NCBI GenBank assembly: GCA_024228355.1
Contig: JAAETN010000394.1
Coordinates: forward strand, 15,081-79,080
Source of the DNA: Maribacter sp.
GTDB taxonomy: Bacteria; Bacteroidota; Bacteroidia; Flavobacteriales; Flavobacteriaceae
Direction of reading: 5' to 3'
DNA length: 64,000 nucleotides
The notes below the pieces were generated by a model. The model was not told the DNA's origin, made no database searches, and saw nothing but the letters and a program-made list of their open reading frames with translations. Below, piece by piece: positions 1 through 10,780 of this stretch (positions are counted from its first letter, which is position 1; the number at the start of each line of letters is the position of its first letter). A program made the translations under genes and the position numbers.

Positions 1-835
1 TGATGGCGTGGCCAAATTTCAAGAGGATATTTGGAAACGTCCTGAAGGTGGGGGTGGCCGTACGCGAGTCATAGAAAACGGTACTATATTTGAAAAAGGG
101 GGGGTGAATATTTCCGCCGTTCATGGGGCATTACCCGAGAGTATGCAAAACTATTTCGGGGTAAAGGATTCTGATTTCTTCGCCTGCGGACTCAGCTTGG
201 TATTACACCCCAAAAATCCTATGGTTCCTACGGTTCACGCTAATTGGCGGTATTTTGAAATGTATGATAAAGAAGGGAATATTGTTGACCAATGGTTTGG
301 TGGTGGACAGGATTTAACGCCCTACTATCTTTTTGATGAAGATGCCACCCATTTTCATGCTATTAGCAAAATAGCTTGTGACAAACACAATCCGGATTTT
401 TACCCAACGTATAAAAAGAAATGTGATAATTATTTTTGGAACACGCACCGAAATGAAGCACGCGGTGTAGGTGGACTCTTTTTCGATTATTGCAAAGCAA
501 CAGGGGATATGAGCATGCAGGACTGGTATAATTTTGTTGTCCAAGTTGGAAATAGCTTTCTCGAAGCTTATGTTCCCATAGTAGAAAAAAGGAGAAATCT
601 TTCATACTCCAAAGAGCAACGCGATTGGCAGGAAATTAGACGAGGACGCTACGTTGAATTCAATTTGGTTCATGATAAAGGAACCTTATTTGGTCTAAAA
701 ACCAACGGCCGTATTGAGAGTATCCTAATGAGTTTGCCACCTCATGTACAATGGCAATATGACCATCATCCCGATAATGGAAGCCAGGAGGAGCGTCTTT
801 TACAAATATTGTCAAAACCTAAAGATTGGGTGTAA
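1..835 (+). CDS. hemF: Oxygen-dependent coproporphyrinogen III oxidase (5' end lies outside the window)
   Basis: Motifs GGGRTRV, FEKGGVNIS, WFGGGQDLTP, RGVGGLFFD and RRGRYVEFNLVHDKGTLFGL; the frame is open from the window edge. Confidence 0.95.
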   Translation, partial: DGVAKFQEDIWKRPEGGGGRTRVIENGTIFEKGGVNISAVHGALPESMQNYFGVKDSDFFACGLSLVLHPKNPMVPTVHANWRYFEMYDKEGNIVDQWFGGGQDLTPYYLFDEDATHFHAISKIACDKHNPDFYPTYKKKCDNYFWNTHRNEARGVGGLFFDYCKATGDMSMQDWYNFVVQVGNSFLEAYVPIVEKRRNLSYSKEQRDWQEIRRGRYVEFNLVHDKGTLFGLKTNGRIESILMSLPPHVQWQYDHHPDNGSQEERLLQILSKPKDWV

Positions 836-1438
836 ATGAATAAACAATTACTTTTTACTATATCTATTGTGCTTTTTTTTATGTATTCATGTAATCGTTC
901 TAAACAGACTAAAAGCGATATCGCCCTTGAATTTACCCAAGACACTTTGAATGTTGGGTATACTTATTGGTGGCCAGAATCCGGGCCATTTATTGGAGAA
1001 TGTGGCGATGAACTCTCGCTTGTTTTCAGTGGTACCGTAACAGATATCCTAGAATCGACAGATGAGGCCGGACCACTTTACAACTCGCAAAGAGGGTTTG
1101 TTCAAATTGACCGTGTATTCAAAATTAAGGAGCTAGAGGCTAAAAGTTACACCAGCCAACAATTCTTTGCTTCTGATTGTTTTGATGGACTTGAGCTTAA
1201 AAAAAATGACTTTGTCATTGTTTTCTGCTATGATTACGAAAATGACTACAGCATCCCAGGTGGGCAATCCATTTTAAAAATTGATTCGTTGAATGATCCC
1301 TTGATCTCTTCAATTAAGAAGTACATTAATGCGGACCAGAATCCATCTAAAATCAAAAAAGACATGAAATTATGGGAGAATCATGGTCTGGGTGAGGCTT
1401 TGGAAAGAATTATTCAATGCCATGAAAACATTAACTAG
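836..1438 (+). CDS. Hypothetical lipoprotein
   Basis: 200-aa ORF abutting the hemF stop (TAAATG); signal peptide with lipobox-like MYSC. Confidence 0.75.
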   Translation: MNKQLLFTISIVLFFMYSCNRSKQTKSDIALEFTQDTLNVGYTYWWPESGPFIGECGDELSLVFSGTVTDILESTDEAGPLYNSQRGFVQIDRVFKIKELEAKSYTSQQFFASDCFDGLELKKNDFVIVFCYDYENDYSIPGGQSILKIDSLNDPLISSIKKYINADQNPSKIKKDMKLWENHGLGEALERIIQCHENIN

Positions 1439-1481
1439 CCCATAAATACTTAAATTTGACAAAGAGATATTCTGTGTACAT

Positions 1482-2270
1482 ATGAAACTTAAGATCTTCC
1501 AAATAGATGCGTTCACTGACAAGGTTTTTTCGGGAAACCCAGCTGCTGTCTGTATTATGGATTCTTGGTTGGAAGCTTCTTTAATGCAACGAATTGCCGC
1601 TGAAAATAATTTAGCTGAGACCGCCTTTGTGGTCAAAGATAAAGGCCAATATCATATTCGTTGGTTCACACCTGAAATTGAGGTTGATTTATGTGGTCAT
1701 GCGACCCTGGCTTCGGCCTTTGTTCTTTTCAATCATTACATCCCAGATGCTGAAACCATTGATTTCTACTCCCCTAGAAGCGGCCCCTTAACAGTTGAAA
1801 AGGGTGTTGATGACTATTATGTTATGGATTTTCCCGTTGATGTCTTAAAGAAAGTGGAATCTGCCCCAGAGATAAATGAGGCTCTTGGAATAAAACCAGA
1901 GCAGACGTTCAAGGGCAAGACAGATTATTTACTTATCTACGACAGTCAAAAGATAATTGAGGAAATTACCCCAAACTTTTTTCTGTTGGACAAAGTAGAC
2001 GCTAGAGGGGTAATCGTCTCTGCCAAAGGAGTGGAAGTAGATTTTGTTTCCCGCTTTTTTGCTCCCCAATCGGGAATCAGTGAAGACCCCGTTACAGGCT
2101 CGGCGCATACGACATTGACTCCTTATTGGTCCAAAGTTCTAGGTAAGAATGTCCTTTCTGCCGAACAATTATCCCAAAGAGGTGGTAAACTTATTTGTGA
2201 GGACCTGGGCAATCGTATAAAAATATCAGGTAAAGCTGTACTATATTTAGTCGGCGAAATTGAATTGTAA
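1482..2270 (+). CDS. PhzF-family epimerase/isomerase
   Basis: DAFT..FSGNPAAV, NLAETAF, EVDLCGHATLA and EDPVTGSAH motifs; TAAATTTG -7 box at 1451-1458. Confidence 0.92.
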   Translation: MKLKIFQIDAFTDKVFSGNPAAVCIMDSWLEASLMQRIAAENNLAETAFVVKDKGQYHIRWFTPEIEVDLCGHATLASAFVLFNHYIPDAETIDFYSPRSGPLTVEKGVDDYYVMDFPVDVLKKVESAPEINEALGIKPEQTFKGKTDYLLIYDSQKIIEEITPNFFLLDKVDARGVIVSAKGVEVDFVSRFFAPQSGISEDPVTGSAHTTLTPYWSKVLGKNVLSAEQLSQRGGKLICEDLGNRIKISGKAVLYLVGEIEL

Positions 2271-2290
2271 ATTAATAATCCAATACCAAT

Positions 2291-3280
2291 ATGTACCCAA
2301 TCATAAGAAACAGAAGACTTCGCTCATCAGAATCCATAAGACGATTGGTTCGTGAAACCAGTATCACCCCTGATGATTTTTTGGTGCCTTTATTTGTGGT
2401 TGAAGGCAAAAACGTAAAAGAGGAAATCGCTTCAATGCCCAATTATTATAGATTGAGTTTGGATAATTTGGATAGGGAGGTCAAATTGCTATGGAAAATG
2501 GGACTTTGTGCTGTATTATTATTCGTAAAGGTTCCCGATAAACTTAAGGATAATAAAGGCACAGAAGCTTTGAATGCAGACGGGTTGATGCAACGCGCCA
2601 TAAAGACAATAAAAAATGCCTGCCCTGATATGTTGGTTATGACTGATGTAGCATTGGATCCCTATTCATCATACGGCCATGATGGTATTGTTGGTGACGG
2701 ACAAATATTGAATGATGAAACTATCGATATCTTAAGTGAAATGAGTGTTTCACATGCCAAGGCTGGTGCAGATTTCATTGCACCAAGTGATATGATGGAT
2801 GGTCGTATTCTATCGATTCGGGAAGCTTTGGAAGATGAAGGTTTTATAAACACAGGTATTATGAGCTATAGCGCCAAATATGCAAGTGCTTTTTATGGCC
2901 CATTCCGCGATGCATTGGATTCGGCTCCAGTTGACATCAAAAATGTGCCAAGGGATAAAAGGACCTATCAGATGGACTTTACCAATAGGTTTGAAGCGAT
3001 TCGTGAAACCCAAATGGATATAGATGAGGGAGCCGATATAGTAATGATAAAACCAGGTATTGCGTATTTGGATATTGTTCGTGAAATACGTAATGAAGTC
3101 GAAGTTCCCATTGCTGTTTATCAAGTTTCTGGGGAATATGCCATGCTAAAAGCTGCCGCTGAAAAAGGGTGGTTAGACCATGATGCCGTAATGATGGAGC
3201 AACTCTTGGCCATAAAAAGGGCTGGAGCGAATATCATTGCCAGTTATTTTGCGAAAGATGTAGTTAAATTACTTAGTTAG
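2291..3280 (+). CDS. hemB: Porphobilinogen synthase (delta-aminolevulinate dehydratase)
   Basis: DVALDPYSSYGHDG, APSDMMDGR, SYSAKYASAFYGPFRDA and MIKPG motifs. Confidence 0.97.
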   Translation: MYPIIRNRRLRSSESIRRLVRETSITPDDFLVPLFVVEGKNVKEEIASMPNYYRLSLDNLDREVKLLWKMGLCAVLLFVKVPDKLKDNKGTEALNADGLMQRAIKTIKNACPDMLVMTDVALDPYSSYGHDGIVGDGQILNDETIDILSEMSVSHAKAGADFIAPSDMMDGRILSIREALEDEGFINTGIMSYSAKYASAFYGPFRDALDSAPVDIKNVPRDKRTYQMDFTNRFEAIRETQMDIDEGADIVMIKPGIAYLDIVREIRNEVEVPIAVYQVSGEYAMLKAAAEKGWLDHDAVMMEQLLAIKRAGANIIASYFAKDVVKLLS

Positions 3281-3350
3281 GTCTTTTATCTACTTGTTAT
3301 TCCTAGTTGTTCGGGAATCCCAATAATTTATCTTTTAATGTGATTATTTA

Positions 3351-4679
3351 ATGAGATATTTACTTTTTATACTAGTTGGTTTATTTGTCGCGAATGCCCA
3401 TTCACAGGAGGATATTGTTGTTCCTTTGGAAATAAACGCCACCCAAGGTTTGGCTTATGGCACACTTACCAACATGGGTATGGATTCCACTTTAATTTAC
3501 ACGAGGGTAGATTCCATTATAACAAACGGCATACGTAATAATGCCTTCCCAGGAGCACAAGTACTGGTAGCCAAGAAAAGCACGATCATTTTCCATGAAA
3601 GTTATGGTTATCATACCTATGATAGTATTCAAACTGTGGAAAAGGATGATATTTATGATTTGGCCTCAGTAACAAAAATCTCTGGGCCTCTACCAGCCTT
3701 AATGAAATTAGTTGATGAAGGCAAACTTGATTTAGACCTTCCATTTAGCACCTACTGGACGGATTGGAAAAGCATTAAGGACAAAAAGAACATTACCTTA
3801 AGGGAAATATTAGCACATCAAGCAGGACTAACCCCATATATTGTCTTTTTAAATAAGGTAATCAAGAAAAATGGGGATTTGAAAAAACGTTTCATACGCA
3901 CCCAATCAAATTCCAAGTTTAACAATCAGGCTTACGACAATCTTTTTGTGAAAAACAGCTTTAATCGTAAAATGTATCGCATGATCAATAGATCAAAAGT
4001 TAGCGATCAGAAAAAATACAAATATTCTGGACTCACATTTTTAATATTCCCAAAACTTATTGAACAGTTGAGCGGTATAACATATGAGAACTATGTTACG
4101 AATAACTTTTACTCCCCCTTAGGGGCAGGAACTTTAGGATTCAGACCAAAAACCAAAAACTTCCCGAATAAAGTAGTCCCAACCGAAATTGATACGCTTT
4201 ACAGACATACTCTGACACAAGGTTGGGTTCATGACGAAAACGCATCACTTTTGGGAGGAGTTTCCGGAAATGCAGGTCTGTTTGGCACTGCGACAGATTT
4301 GGCCAAGCTAATGCAGATGTATCAGAATTTTGGGTCCTTTGATGGAAAGCGTTTTATATCCGAATCAACAGTAAAGGAATTTATTCGTGTGCAATTTCCA
4401 GGAAATGAAAATCGAAGAGGTTTAGGTTTCGACAAACCCTTGTTGAATAATGTGGAGCTAACATTATCCGATGCTTACCCAGCACCTGAGACCAGCCCTA
4501 TGAGCTTTGGACATAGCGGTTTTACAGGAACTTTCGTTTGGGCCGACCCCGAAAACCAATTGGTATTTATTTTTCTTTCCAACCGTGTAAATCCTACAAG
4601 GGAGAATAGAAATTTGTACGAAATGAACATTAGAGGGGCGCTTCAGCAAGTTTTTTATCAGGCTTCATTACTGAATTAA
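3351..4679 (+). CDS. Secreted serine hydrolase, beta-lactamase/AmpC-like family
   Basis: Signal peptide; DLASVTK (SxxK), GWVHDENA, GNAGLF and FGHSGFTGT motifs. Confidence 0.85.
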   Translation: MRYLLFILVGLFVANAHSQEDIVVPLEINATQGLAYGTLTNMGMDSTLIYTRVDSIITNGIRNNAFPGAQVLVAKKSTIIFHESYGYHTYDSIQTVEKDDIYDLASVTKISGPLPALMKLVDEGKLDLDLPFSTYWTDWKSIKDKKNITLREILAHQAGLTPYIVFLNKVIKKNGDLKKRFIRTQSNSKFNNQAYDNLFVKNSFNRKMYRMINRSKVSDQKKYKYSGLTFLIFPKLIEQLSGITYENYVTNNFYSPLGAGTLGFRPKTKNFPNKVVPTEIDTLYRHTLTQGWVHDENASLLGGVSGNAGLFGTATDLAKLMQMYQNFGSFDGKRFISESTVKEFIRVQFPGNENRRGLGFDKPLLNNVELTLSDAYPAPETSPMSFGHSGFTGTFVWADPENQLVFIFLSNRVNPTRENRNLYEMNIRGALQQVFYQASLLN

Positions 4680-4719
4680 CCCTTATTTATCATTATTTTA
4701 GTCTCCATAAACCAAGTAC

Positions 4720-5841
4720 ATGGGATTACTTTTATTTTACGCTTTTATATCAATTTTTTTCTCCTTTCTATGCTCCATCCTAGAGGCTGTTTTATTGAGT
4801 ATAAACCCTACTTTTATCAATCTTAAGATAAAAGAGGGTAAGGCTTATGCAGAAACTTTGGAAACGCTTAAAAAAGATGTAGACAAACCTTTAATAGCCA
4901 TTCTCACTTTAAATACCATAGCGCATACCGTTGGTGCAATTCTAGTAGGGGTACAGGCTAAAGTAGCATATGCAGATTTGTACGGCAGCACTCAAAGATC
5001 AATCCTTGGAATAGAATTTACCGAGGATGTGATGGTTGGTGTGGTTTCTACGGGTATGACCGTCCTTATTTTGGTGGCTTCAGAGATCATCCCAAAGACC
5101 ATTGGTGCAACGTACTGGAGAAAATTGGCGAATTTTACGGCCAAATCACTAAAAATAATGGTCCTTATCCTTAAATGGACGGGGCTCCTGTGGCTATTAC
5201 AGTTATTTACCAAACTTGTTGGTGGTAAAGGACACCACGGCAGTGTCCTTAGCAGGGAAGATTTTACCGCTATGGCAGATATAGCCCATGAAGAAGGGGT
5301 TTTTCAAGAATCTGAATCCATTGTAATCAAAAACTTGCTCAAGTTTGATGAAATCTTGGCCAAAGATGTAATGACCCCCAGAACGGTTATGAAAATTTCC
5401 CCGGAAAGTAAGACCATCAAGGAGTTTTTCGATGAAAATCCTAAACTTCGATTTTCCAGGATTCCCATTTATAAGGATAAAGCTGATAATATCACCGGGT
5501 TTGTATTAAAGGATACGCTTTTAGAGGAAATGATCCATGAAAATGGCGACCGTCCCCTATCCACCATCAAAAGGGACATTTTGGTTGTAGCTCGGAATAA
5601 GCCCATTCCAGACCTGTTTGAGACCTTTATCTCCCAAAGGCAACACATTGCATTGGTTGTTGATGAATACGGCTCAGTAAGCGGTCTGGTGACCATGGAA
5701 GATGTCATCGAAACACTCTTAGGACTTGAAATAGTTGATGAGAGTGATAATGTTGAAGATCTACAGCACCTTGCGCGTGAAAATTGGAAAACCAGAGCCA
5801 AACGTTTAGGTCTTATTGATGAAGATGCCAAAATTGACTAA
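4720..5841 (+). CDS. CNNM/DUF21-CBS domain membrane protein (CorB/HlyC family)
   Basis: SFLCSILEAVLLS, ILTLNTIAHT, SEIIPKTIG, FSRIPIY and VVDEYGSVSGLVTMEDVIETLLGLEI motifs. Confidence 0.9.
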   Translation: MGLLLFYAFISIFFSFLCSILEAVLLSINPTFINLKIKEGKAYAETLETLKKDVDKPLIAILTLNTIAHTVGAILVGVQAKVAYADLYGSTQRSILGIEFTEDVMVGVVSTGMTVLILVASEIIPKTIGATYWRKLANFTAKSLKIMVLILKWTGLLWLLQLFTKLVGGKGHHGSVLSREDFTAMADIAHEEGVFQESESIVIKNLLKFDEILAKDVMTPRTVMKISPESKTIKEFFDENPKLRFSRIPIYKDKADNITGFVLKDTLLEEMIHENGDRPLSTIKRDILVVARNKPIPDLFETFISQRQHIALVVDEYGSVSGLVTMEDVIETLLGLEIVDESDNVEDLQHLARENWKTRAKRLGLIDEDAKID

Positions 5842-6314
5842 TGGAAACCGCTTTCATACATACGCCCTTGGGAATCGCTAAATTGGAAGGCGATGCCGAC
5901 GGTTTGGTTTCGATCAGCGTTTTGAACGATTCTATAACCCCTAGCCCTATCATACCTGAAATCCTCGAAGATGCAGTTTATCAGCTCCAAGAATATTTTA
6001 AGGGTCAACGGGATTCATTCAGTTTGACGCTGAATCCTGCTGGGACCGATTTTCAAAAAAAGGTTTGGGATGCACTTCAACAGATCCCTTATGGTAAAAC
6101 AATTTCTTATCTAGAATTATCCAAAATCCTGGGCGATGTAAAAGCCATTAGGGCGGTTGCAGCAGCGAATGGGAAAAATCCCTTGTGGATTGTTGTTCCA
6201 TGTCACCGAGTCATCGGTAGTGATGGTTCTTTGACTGGCTATGCAGGTGGGCTTCATCGTAAAAAATGGTTGTTGGCCCATGAGAGCCCAGCAAAACAAC
6301 AATCTCTCTTTTAG
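5841..6314 (+). CDS. ogt: Methylated-DNA-protein-cysteine methyltransferase
   Basis: GTDFQKKVW, IPYGKTISY, AVAAANGKN and active-site PCHRV; start overlaps the upstream stop (TAATG). Confidence 0.95.
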   Translation: METAFIHTPLGIAKLEGDADGLVSISVLNDSITPSPIIPEILEDAVYQLQEYFKGQRDSFSLTLNPAGTDFQKKVWDALQQIPYGKTISYLELSKILGDVKAIRAVAAANGKNPLWIVVPCHRVIGSDGSLTGYAGGLHRKKWLLAHESPAKQQSLF

Positions 6315-6577
6315 ATTTTACAAACTGCATAGTCTGTTTTTCATTTTGTTTTAGTTAAAACTTTGCAATTAGTGCATTTCATCGAACATCTTTGGTCTCA
6401 AATTGAGTTTTTGGACCTTAAAAAGCCTTAAAAAGCTTTACTTCACAAACTACTTGGTCGGTTTTGGGTGTTTCTGCCAACTTTCAATATTTTATTATTT
6501 TTCGAGCTGAAATTGGTCATATCCAGTACTTAAATCATATCCCATTTTGTTCGTATATTTAATTGATTTACCATAGA

Positions 6578-8374
6578 ATGAAGTTGCCATCTATTAACGA
6601 TATGACCGAAAAGGCCCTCATGGCCTTCAAAAGATTTCCAATTACCTTAAGCTGGGCCATTACGGGTAGTTTGATCTTCATCGGGATTGTCAATGTTGAT
6701 GCCAATCTATTATTTGATGAATATTCCGGCCTAATACTAACATTTATACTAGGGGTAAGCTGGTTCATTGGTGCCCGTTTTTTTATCGAACAAACGAAAA
6801 ACCCAAAAAAATGGGATTGGTTAAAACTGATCATTCTGGGCTTATTGGTTCTTTTTTACAGCCATTTACCTGATTTGAGCGGATATGACCATGACCCCAA
6901 ATACTTTGTACGCTTCTTTTTATATATAATTGCGGGTCATTTATTCTTATTTGCTGCTCCCTTTTTGCTAAACTGGAATAGTAAGGCCTACTGGAATTAT
7001 TTAAAGTCTATCTGTATAGCAATCGGTCGAAGCGTATTGTTTTCGGGTGTTTTGTTTTTAGGCCTAGTACTGGCCTTGGCAGCCATACAGGCCTTGTTCG
7101 ATATTGATATTAGACCAGAGCGCTACGGACAGCTTTTTATTTTTTGTTTAGGTATTGTCAACACATGGACATATTTATCTGATTTTCCCAAAGATGTTTT
7201 ACAACAGGCCACTATCAACTATAACAAGGCATTGGAAGTTTTTGTAAAATACATTTTAATTCCTTTGATGTGTTTGTATATAGTGATTCTCTATGCTTAT
7301 AGCTTGAAGATAATTTTGGAATGGAGTCTTCCCAAAGGTTGGGTATCTTATTTGGTCACTGCATTGGCATTTTTAGGTTTTATCATACAAGTTATGGTGA
7401 ATCCCATTCAGAAAACCATAAAGTCGTGGGTAATAAACAAGTTTTACCCCTGGTTTTATATCTTACTACTCCCATTGATAGCACTGCTTTTTGTTGCTAT
7501 ATTTAGGCGTATTGCGGATTATGGGATAACTGAGAACCGATATTTTGTCTTGATCATTGCATTCTGGATTTTCAGTATGGTCCTTTTTCTATTATTGAGC
7601 AAAAAGAAACAACTGAAAGTATTGCCTATTTCACTTTTCATTTTGGCCCTACTGTCTTCTTTTGGATTTTGGGGGGCTTTCAGTATTTCAAAAAACAGTC
7701 AAGTAAAGCAGTTCCAAAAAGTCTTTGAACAGGTGAGTGTAAATGAAAATATCGCCTCGAACGAACAGTACGAGCGCCTGAGCTCAATCATCGAATATCT
7801 GGCTGAGGGCAAATCACTGACCCGATTGGATGATATTGTACAACTTTCTACACATGAAATCTGCAAAGACACCACTGAAGGTTCCAAGAGAACCTACGGA
7901 TATAATGCCCCTCAGCAATTGCTTGACACATTAGGCATTGAGATTGATGAAAATGACCAAGTAAGAAACTCGAATGGAAAATCCTTTAATTATTTTCCGT
8001 CTTGGGATAAAAACCAAACATTTATAATTGATGATTATGAATATTTTTCCCAAATTTATTTCAATGATCATGATGACTACAAAATGAAAATTGGTGAATT
8101 CGATATACTATATCATCAAAAAAACAAGGTAATCTCCTTCTTTTCCCAAAAAGACAGTAGTTTGGTCCATAAAGTACCAATTAGTGAAAAGTTATTGAAC
8201 CTATCTAAATATGGTACTAACATGGACAATGTGCCTGAAGAGAATCTGATTTTAGTCTCTGAAAACAATCAAATTGAAGTTAAGTTTATTTTTACGGAAC
8301 TTGGATTCCAAATTATAAACGACTCCATTCAGCTAAATCAAGCAAGAACATTTTTATTCTTAAAAGAGAAGTAA
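6578..8374 (+). CDS. DUF4153-like polytopic membrane protein
   Basis: About 11 hydrophobic segments, R..DYGITENRY motif and a soluble C-terminus; ATG at 6578 preferred over the ORF-track start at 6563. Confidence 0.75.
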   Translation: MKLPSINDMTEKALMAFKRFPITLSWAITGSLIFIGIVNVDANLLFDEYSGLILTFILGVSWFIGARFFIEQTKNPKKWDWLKLIILGLLVLFYSHLPDLSGYDHDPKYFVRFFLYIIAGHLFLFAAPFLLNWNSKAYWNYLKSICIAIGRSVLFSGVLFLGLVLALAAIQALFDIDIRPERYGQLFIFCLGIVNTWTYLSDFPKDVLQQATINYNKALEVFVKYILIPLMCLYIVILYAYSLKIILEWSLPKGWVSYLVTALAFLGFIIQVMVNPIQKTIKSWVINKFYPWFYILLLPLIALLFVAIFRRIADYGITENRYFVLIIAFWIFSMVLFLLLSKKKQLKVLPISLFILALLSSFGFWGAFSISKNSQVKQFQKVFEQVSVNENIASNEQYERLSSIIEYLAEGKSLTRLDDIVQLSTHEICKDTTEGSKRTYGYNAPQQLLDTLGIEIDENDQVRNSNGKSFNYFPSWDKNQTFIIDDYEYFSQIYFNDHDDYKMKIGEFDILYHQKNKVISFFSQKDSSLVHKVPISEKLLNLSKYGTNMDNVPEENLILVSENNQIEVKFIFTELGFQIINDSIQLNQARTFLFLKEK

Positions 8375-8375
8375 G

Positions 8376-9089
8376 ATGCTACAAAAACTCCAATTGGAAA
8401 ACATCCTTTTTTTAGATATTGAAACGGTTCCAGAGGTCGAAAACTTCAAGGAATTGGATGATTCCAAAAAAGAACTATGGGAACATAAATCACAATACCA
8501 ACGAAAGGATGAATTTACAGCTGAGGAGTTTTATGAACGCGCAGGGATATGGGCGGAATTTGGAAGGATTATTTGCATTTCAGTTGGATATTTCAATACC
8601 AAAGGGGATATACGGGAGTTTAGGGTAACCAGTTTCCATGGAGAGGAACCCAAATTGCTCAGAGAATTCAAAACCCTTTTGAATAGCCATTTCAAATATC
8701 CCAAGAATCTACTTTGTGCGCATAACGGCAAGGAATTTGATTTCCCCTATATAGCCCGTCGTATGATTATTCACGGCATAAACTTGCCTTATAAGTTAGA
8801 CCTCTTTGGGAAAAAACCTTGGGAGGTTCCACATCTAGATACCATGGAATTATGGAAGTTCGGTGATTACAAACATTATACTTCACTTAAATTAATGGCC
8901 AATATTTTGGGTATTCCCTCGCCCAAAGAAGATATTGATGGTAGTATGGTCCGTGATGTATATTATATTGAGAAAGATTTGGATCGTATCATAACCTATT
9001 GCGAGCTTGATGTGGTGACTACAGCGCAGGTTTTCTTAAGGTTACGAAATGAAGAACTATTGGAAGATTCTGAAATAAAGAAAGTTTAA
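8376..9089 (+). CDS. Predicted 3'-5' exonuclease (PolB-exonuclease-like, DEDD)
   Basis: FLDIET, HNGKEFDFPY, HLDTMELW and YCELDV acidic motifs. Confidence 0.88.
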   Translation: MLQKLQLENILFLDIETVPEVENFKELDDSKKELWEHKSQYQRKDEFTAEEFYERAGIWAEFGRIICISVGYFNTKGDIREFRVTSFHGEEPKLLREFKTLLNSHFKYPKNLLCAHNGKEFDFPYIARRMIIHGINLPYKLDLFGKKPWEVPHLDTMELWKFGDYKHYTSLKLMANILGIPSPKEDIDGSMVRDVYYIEKDLDRIITYCELDVVTTAQVFLRLRNEELLEDSEIKKV

Positions 9090-9153
9090 TATTATTAGCT
9101 TTATTCCATCAATAAACACCAAAAAAATCTTACCCAGATAAACATAGGAAACC

Positions 9154-10764
9154 ATGAATACTCAAAAAAGATATTATTTTTCCTTAATCCTTTCAGGCCT
9201 TATACTGTTTTTAACCTCCTGTAAAGAGCAAAAAGAAGTTATTGTGCCTAAACAACCCAATATACTTTTTATCCTTGCAGACGATTATGGCTATCATGAT
9301 CTGAGCAGTGCAGGAAGTGATTTCTATGAAACCCCGAACATAGACCGAATTTCAAGAGAAGGAATGACCTTTACCAACGGTTATGCCACGTGTCAGGTAT
9401 GCAGTCCCTCTAGGGCCAGCATAATGTCGGGTAAGTTCCCAGCTCGCCATGGCATTACCGATTGGATTGGCGCTCGCACAGAAACCGAATGGCGGAAAGT
9501 AGGGAGGTTTAATAAGTTATTACCTCCGGCATACGAGCGCGGATTATCACATGATTTCATTACCTTGCCCGAAGCAATGAAGGCAAATGGTTATAAAACT
9601 TTTTTTGCTGGAAAATGGCATCTAGGCGAAAAGGGATCTTGGCCAGAAGATCATGGTTTTGATATAAACAAAGGGGGTTGGGATGCCGGAAGCCCAAACG
9701 GAGGTTATTTTTCACCTTACAAAAATCCAAATCTTGAAAATAAGGAAGATGGAGAGAATCTTTCCATGAGACTTGCCAAGGAAACTGTTCAATTTCTGAA
9801 GGATAACAATCCAAATACCACGGGTCGGCCAGTATTTGCTTTCTTATCTTTTTACGCCGTACATGGCCCAATACAAACCACTCAAGTTAAATGGGAGAAA
9901 TACAGACAAAAAGCCATGGATTTAGGGGTAGCGGATAAAGGGTTTAAAATGGGACATTTTCTCCCCATTCGTCAAGTACAGGACAATCCGGTCTATGCTG
10001 GCCTAGTAGAAGCGATGGACGATGCAGTAGGAACGGTCCTTAATACATTGAATGAACTAGGTCTTGACGAGAACACCATTGTAGTATTTACCTCTGACAA
10101 TGGTGGAGTTGCTGCTGGAGATGCATTTGCGACTTCAAATTTACCTCTTCGTGCCGGAAAGGGTTATCAATTTGAAGGTGGTATACGAGAACCCTATTTC
10201 ATTAAAGTCCCTGGGTTGACCAAAGGAGGTGAATTTTCGAATACACCCGTTACCGGAACTGATTTTTACCCTACATTACTTGAACTGGCAGGACTTGACC
10301 TGAAACCAGAAGAACACCAGGACGGTGTTAGCCTAGTACCTTTGCTTAAAAACGAATCAATAGAGGAAAGACCGCTAATATGGCATTATCCCCACTACGG
10401 CAATCAAGGGGGTGAACCCTCTTCAATAATCCGTAGAGGAGATTGGAAACTAATCCACTACTATGAAGACGGGAGGGAAGAACTGTACAATCTAAAGAAT
10501 GATTTGGAGGAAAGCACAGATATCGCCAATGAGCAACCAGAATTGGTGCAACAACTAAGTCTGGCCCTATTTAATTATTTGAATGAGGTCAATGCCCGAT
10601 TCCCAAAGCATGATCCTGAATACGATGAGGCAAAAGAACGTGCATACCTGAAAAATGTGGTCGATAAAAGGTGGCCTCAGTTGGAAAAACAGCGCATGGA
10701 ATTCTTATCTGAAGACTTTGATCCTAAAAACAATTGGTGGGGAAGTCAATTGACCATTGACTAA
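9154..10764 (+). CDS. Cys-type (S1) sulfatase lipoprotein
   Basis: PNILFILADD, CSPSRAS (CxPxR), GKWHLG and SDNGG motifs; lipobox LTSC. Confidence 0.93.
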   Translation: MNTQKRYYFSLILSGLILFLTSCKEQKEVIVPKQPNILFILADDYGYHDLSSAGSDFYETPNIDRISREGMTFTNGYATCQVCSPSRASIMSGKFPARHGITDWIGARTETEWRKVGRFNKLLPPAYERGLSHDFITLPEAMKANGYKTFFAGKWHLGEKGSWPEDHGFDINKGGWDAGSPNGGYFSPYKNPNLENKEDGENLSMRLAKETVQFLKDNNPNTTGRPVFAFLSFYAVHGPIQTTQVKWEKYRQKAMDLGVADKGFKMGHFLPIRQVQDNPVYAGLVEAMDDAVGTVLNTLNELGLDENTIVVFTSDNGGVAAGDAFATSNLPLRAGKGYQFEGGIREPYFIKVPGLTKGGEFSNTPVTGTDFYPTLLELAGLDLKPEEHQDGVSLVPLLKNESIEERPLIWHYPHYGNQGGEPSSIIRRGDWKLIHYYEDGREELYNLKNDLEESTDIANEQPELVQQLSLALFNYLNEVNARFPKHDPEYDEAKERAYLKNVVDKRWPQLEKQRMEFLSEDFDPKNNWWGSQLTID

Positions 10765-10780
10765 ATTAAGAGTAAAAATT

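Noticed and set aside
1482-2270. Phenazine biosynthesis cluster
   Set aside because: Lone PhzF-family gene with no phzA-E or phzG
3351-4679. Antibiotic-resistance beta-lactamase
   Set aside because: The SxxK fold is shared by many esterases, amidases and peptidases; class C-specific YxN and KTG motifs are not canonical here (YSG, HSG)
6415-6440. CCTTAAAAAG tandem duplication upstream of the DUF4153 gene
   Set aside because: Only about 2.5 copies of an AT-rich 10-mer with no further structure
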